Below are positions 62,243 to 64,000 of a stretch of 64,000 nt of DNA, one piece after another (within the stretch, counting starts at the first letter, position 1; the number at the start of each line of letters is the position of its first letter). The position numbers and the translations under genes were made by a program. This stretch comes from a plasmid. The DNA is taken from the sequence record NZ_CP044080.1; one strand, given 5' to 3'. The notes under the pieces were generated by a model, which saw only the letters and a list, made by a program, of their open reading frames with translations, searched no databases and had not been told where the DNA came from.

Positions 62243-62839
62243 TCACCCGGGACAGGCGGCTCCGGTGTCGATCCAGGCCCGCGTCAGCTGGCCGAAGATC
62301 TCCTGGCTGCCGGGGGCGGGCTCGCGGCCTGCGCCGGGGTGCCAGCCCCAGCCGACCAGGCCGTCATGGGCGTTGTGTTCGTGAAGCTCTTCCAGCGTCT
62401 TGCCGCCGTTGCGCTCGGGATCCTTGATCTGCTGGCAGATCTCGCCCAGGGACAGGCCGACCCAGCCCATGCTGACCGGGGCCAGCGACCAGGGCTCGTG
62501 CCCCGGAATGCTGCCCTGGCCGCCGGTCAGGGTGACATTCTCGGCCCCGTGGCAGGTGTTGCAGGTCATCCCCGGCGCGCCGAAATCGGCCTCTCCGCGC
62601 ACCACGGGCGGATCGTGGGGATGCATGTCGTCGCCCTGCGTCGGCCCGCCGGTGACCGGGTGGCAGTTCAGGCAGCGCGGATGGGTAAGCACCTTGCCCA
62701 TCTCCTGGAACAGGGCGGCGGACCTTTGGGCCTTGTCGGCGATGGCGTCGAAAGCATCTGGGGTTTGCAGGTCGTCCTGCGCCCAAAGCGGCGCGGCGCA
62801 GAACAGCGCCGGGACAAGAACGGCCGTGACTGATCTCAT
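62243..62839 (-). CDS. Dihaem c-type cytochrome subunit associated with a molybdopterin oxidoreductase
   Basis: Signal peptide and two CXXCH motifs (CLNCH, CNTCH); ATGA overlap with the upstream gene. Confidence 0.6.
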   Translation of the reverse strand: MRSVTAVLVPALFCAAPLWAQDDLQTPDAFDAIADKAQRSAALFQEMGKVLTHPRCLNCHPVTGGPTQGDDMHPHDPPVVRGEADFGAPGMTCNTCHGAENVTLTGGQGSIPGHEPWSLAPVSMGWVGLSLGEICQQIKDPERNGGKTLEELHEHNAHDGLVGWGWHPGAGREPAPGSQEIFGQLTRAWIDTGAACPG

Positions 62840-64000
62840 GAAATCGCTCCGCCGAAAGGAAGCTGGTATTGCCGGGCGCCGTTCAAGGCGCGCCAGGCAT
62901 TGGCCATCGCCGGGGCCAGCGGCGGCACGCCCGGTTCGCCGACGCCGGTCGGATCCGCGGCGCTGCGGATGATCGAGACCTCGACCGCCGGCATCTCTGC
63001 GATCCGCAGCATCGGATAGTCGTGGAAATTCGACTGTTCCACCGTGCCGCCCGGCGCCAGGGTGATGCGGCTGTGCAGCGCGGCGGACAGCGCATAGCCG
63101 ATGCCGCCCTCCATCTGCGCGCGGATCACGTTGGGATTGACGGCGATGCCGCAATCGATGGCGCACCAGACGCGGGTGACGCGCGGGGTGCCGCCGCGAT
63201 CCTCGACCTCGACCACCTCGGCGACATAGGTGCCGAAGCTTTTCGCATAGGCGATGCCATAGCCCTTGCCGTCGCGGCGCGGTCCCTGCCAACCGGCCAT
63301 GCGGGCGGCCTCGGCGATCACGGCGCGTTCGCGCGCGGCCTCGGGCGGCAGCAGGTCCAGGCGGCCCTGCACGGGATCCTTTCCGGCGGCCTCCAGAACC
63401 TCGTCCAGGAAGGTCTCGACCGCATAGGTGGTGTGGGTATGCCCCACCGACCGCCACCACAGCACGCTGACAGGGCTTTCCATCCGCGCCCAGCCGATGC
63501 GCCGCGCGCCCAGGCGGTAGGGCAGGCCGGTGGAGCCTTCGAACGAGCTGTTGTCCGGGCCGCCCTTCAGCATCGCCTCCATCGGCGTTCCTGCCATGAT
63601 CGACTGGTTCGCGACGACGTTTTCCCACCCGATGATGGTGCCGTCCGCATCCAGGCCGGCGCGCAGGCGGTGGACGGTCATCGGGCGGTAATAGCCGCCC
63701 TTCACGTCGTCCTCTCGGGTCCAGACCAGCTTGAAGGCGCCGTCTCGCCCGGCGGCCTTGGCGATTTCGCCCACCTCGGCCGCCAGATGGGCCGAGCCCT
63801 GCGCCCGCCGACCGAAGGATCCGCCCGCCATCAGCACGTTGATCGTCACGTCCTCGGGCGCGATGCCCAGGGCGCCCGCGATGGTGGGCTTGTCAAAGGA
63901 CGGGAACTGGCTGCCGAACCACAGCTCGGCCTTGCCGCCCTTGGTCTCGATCACCGCATCCAGGGGTTCCATCGGCGCATGGGCCAGATAGGGGAAACGG
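62836..64000 (-). CDS. Molybdopterin-binding oxidoreductase large subunit (xanthine dehydrogenase / IorB / aldehyde oxidase family), 3' portion; continues beyond the window
   Basis: MoCo-binding domain-like sequence. Confidence 0.7.
   Translation of the reverse strand, partial: RFPYLAHAPMEPLDAVIETKGGKAELWFGSQFPSFDKPTIAGALGIAPEDVTINVLMAGGSFGRRAQGSAHLAAEVGEIAKAAGRDGAFKLVWTREDDVKGGYYRPMTVHRLRAGLDADGTIIGWENVVANQSIMAGTPMEAMLKGGPDNSSFEGSTGLPYRLGARRIGWARMESPVSVLWWRSVGHTHTTYAVETFLDEVLEAAGKDPVQGRLDLLPPEAARERAVIAEAARMAGWQGPRRDGKGYGIAYAKSFGTYVAEVVEVEDRGGTPRVTRVWCAIDCGIAVNPNVIRAQMEGGIGYALSAALHSRITLAPGGTVEQSNFHDYPMLRIAEMPAVEVSIIRSAADPTGVGEPGVPPLAPAMANAWRALNGARQYQLPFGGAIS

Overview
High-GC (about 65-70%) alphaproteobacterial DNA, most likely Rhodobacteraceae, and apparently an accessory replicon (plasmid or chromid). 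The window opens inside a plasmid-type parA/repA-parB partition cassette. Bases 1-46.8 kb are densely coding. In order they carry: cysK and a nitroreductase; a bioY / acyl-CoA ligase / thiolase operon; a LacI-controlled sugar catabolism and ABC uptake cluster; a low-GC SGNH-like gene that looks foreign; efp with epmA; a Phd/VapC TA pair; a TonB-dependent siderophore uptake locus (receptor, FhuD/B/C-like, exporter-type ABC, SIP reductase); rmlCBDA (dTDP-rhamnose); a GT2 glycosyltransferase; Lrp, YbdK-like ligase, FAD monooxygenase and MarR; cysE; a kpsMTE-type capsule export and pyruvylation cluster; minCDE; and tRNA-Pro(CGG). From the tRNA 3' end to the window end (46.9-64 kb) the DNA is an IS-riddled island-like region. 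It holds two identical IS3-family copies, one of which carries a nested IS110-family element. It also holds an IS66 remnant and two IS21-family elements, one with a frameshifted istA and one disrupted by an IS3 copy. Embedded in the island is a five-gene minus-strand cassette: a Lon-like AAA+ ATPase without a protease domain, two calcineurin-like phosphoesterases and two small unknown proteins. This cassette is my best candidate for an undescribed system. Many long ORFs in the six-frame track are antisense artefacts of the GC-rich sequence.
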